A stretch of DNA of 64,000 nucleotides from Macrostomum lignano (Eukaryota). A program made the translations under genes and the position numbers. Each line of letters opens with the position of its first letter. The first letter of the stretch is position 1. Shown here piece after piece: positions 62,072-64,000 of this stretch. Location: NCBI GenBank assembly GCA_002269645.1, contig NIVC01001491.1, positions 124,001 to 188,000 on the forward strand, given 5' to 3'. The notes below the pieces were generated by a model, which made no database searches, was not told the origin of the DNA, and was given only the letters and a program-made list of their open reading frames with translations.

Positions 62072-62619
62072 TTCATTATAGCGCATAATATCGGTATAAC
62101 TTTTGGCTTTTAATTTAATCGCTTTATTTTTTAATGAAAAGAAACGTTTAAAAGATTCTGACAGAACAAAGCCATGATACCCTGCTGTATGTATATTCAT
62201 ACTGTATAAACAAGAAATTAGACAGGGAGATACAACTGTAGCCATCTATGTTTCGCATTCATGGAGGTGTGCAAATTGTAGATTCACTCTGAAAAATTAC
62301 TCGTAGAAGCTTTCTAGGGATTCAAATTATCAATATTATTCTACGAAAAAAGGAGTTTATATGACTGAATCATCATTCGTCAAGCTTGTTTCTGTTTCTT
62401 TTCAGAAACATGTTCAATTGGATGTGAAAGACTGATCGAAGCTTATATCTTTATAAAACGCCGGCTATGACAAGCTGTATCAAATATGAATTAGATAGTA
62501 CTCGTATTTTTTAAGAATAACGACACCCAGAAGAAAGAATAATAGTTGAAAAAACCAAACTCAACACAAACGTCAGAAAGTAGTTCTCCGTTCATCAATC
62601 ACAACTAATTCTGAATCAT

Positions 62620-63914
62620 TCAATCTGTTGATTTCGTTGCAAAGCTTCGCCAGATCCATTCGCTCATTCGAGTCTCCAAAGGCTTCCAGTTTTGAGTTTT
62701 AAGACCAGCATTGGGCTGCAGAATTGCCGAATTGCCGTGGACCGCCTCTAGAAACGGCCTCTCCATCTCGTCTCCCAGATCAAGGAGTTGTCTAGCGAAC
62801 TGCTGCATGTGCTCGGTGCTCGCCGTCGAGGGTGCCGAAACTCGGCGGCACTTTTGCATTCGCTCCGCCAGGGCCACCTCGCGCTCCACCAGGGCCAGCT
62901 GATCGAAAGCGACTTTCGTCTCGGCCAGATTTCCGGCGTCCATGGCTTCGCGAAGTTTCGCCCGGGCGGTCGGCAGAGCTTCGGGCGACACGGAAGACGC
63001 CATCTCAGATGCCATTCTGGAGAGGCCTTCAAAGCGGTCTTGCAGCTGTCGCAGTTGGCTGCTGCACTGGTCAAACCAGTCAATCCACTGGGTGAGATCA
63101 GCCTCCTTACTCTCTCCATAGTTCAGCAAATTGTCGGCTTTGGAAATCAGTTCTTGGCATTGCGTCTAGATGAAATGGAAATTAGTAATTGTTAACGAAG
63201 TAGCTCGGAACGATTGAAATTTGCAAGTTTTTAAGAGACTTAATGTAGAGTTCATAATTCCCTTGTCGATCGTGAGTGTGAATTCCATCAGATCTACAGA
63301 CATAAGTACAGTTATGATACAAACATAAGTACTTCTGTGTAGTTTCGTTGAGCCAAGGCTATACAGGGTTGCTCATGGGAATGGTTGTTGAGAGGCCGGG
63401 GCTTAGAGTGGGAGGGTTGCTGAGAAATCGAGACTCAATCAATGTGAGGTAAAATCATTCAATCTTTCAATTCAATTTGCAAATTTTCAAACCAATGATG
63501 TTTAATAACATATATTTAATACCTGAAATTCCATTCGATCTTTGCTAAAGTGCAGATCGCACAAGTTTCGACTGCAATTGTCGCACCAGCTAAGCGCAGG
63601 TATCCCACACTCGCCACCACTTTCCGATTCGGCCTGACAGTTGGCCTGCTGAATTCGATGCAGACTGTCAATGACAGCTCGAATCTCGGAGTTGTCAACC
63701 GGTCGATCGGTGAGACGCTCTCGACATATCGGGCATCGGCGATCGTTTGAAGCAGCCACACTTTGATAGCAGGCTCGGCAGAGGGTGTGGTGCCGCGAGC
63801 ACACGAAGACGGGGTCTCTAAACGTGTTAAGACAAATCGGGCATTCGAGTCCCTCAGCCAGGCTGCGATTGGCTGCCGCTCGGGAAACGTTTGCGAAGGT
63901 GCGTCGACCTGAAG
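62620..63914 (-). CDS. TRIM-like gene H (exons 63914-63523 and 63165-62620; first exon beyond the window or repeat)
   Basis: EGLECPICLNTFRDPVFVCSRHHTLCRAC..CPIC; C..C..CDNCSRNLCDLH; FQ|TQCQELI; shares EMERPFLEAVHG with gene G. Confidence 0.82.
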
Positions 63915-63934
63915 CTGAATTGGGTTGCTATCTG

Positions 63935-64000
<66 letters not shown>
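63935..64000. repeat. (CTAA)n microsatellite running off the window end
   Basis: Directly visible. Confidence 0.95.

Overview
Repeat-rich eukaryotic (animal) genomic window with GT-AG introns, SINEs, LINEs, a Penelope remnant, a Gypsy remnant, DNA transposons and kb-scale micro/minisatellites. The style resembles a free-living flatworm such as Macrostomum, but this is inference only. It holds three tandem multigene clusters. (1) 3.5-15.7 kb: four intact single-exon class-A-like 7TM GPCR genes plus a pseudogene fragment. (2) 23.3-30.2 kb: three single-exon secreted Cys-rich proteins of unknown function; one carries an in-frame TGA at a Gly codon. (3) 17.7-64 kb: about eight minus-strand TRIM-like genes (atypical RING with C-x2-H-H, B-box-like finger, helical/coiled-coil region) sharing the same intron phases. 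Only one of these carries a C-terminal extension, which looks C2-like. The central copies were co-duplicated with a ~1.5 kb spacer that retains a decayed reading frame. The 3' end of a calmodulin-like EF-hand gene opens the window. The TRIM-like array is the strongest candidate for an undescribed system. All exon models are read by eye from splice signals and paralogue alignment, with no database searches.
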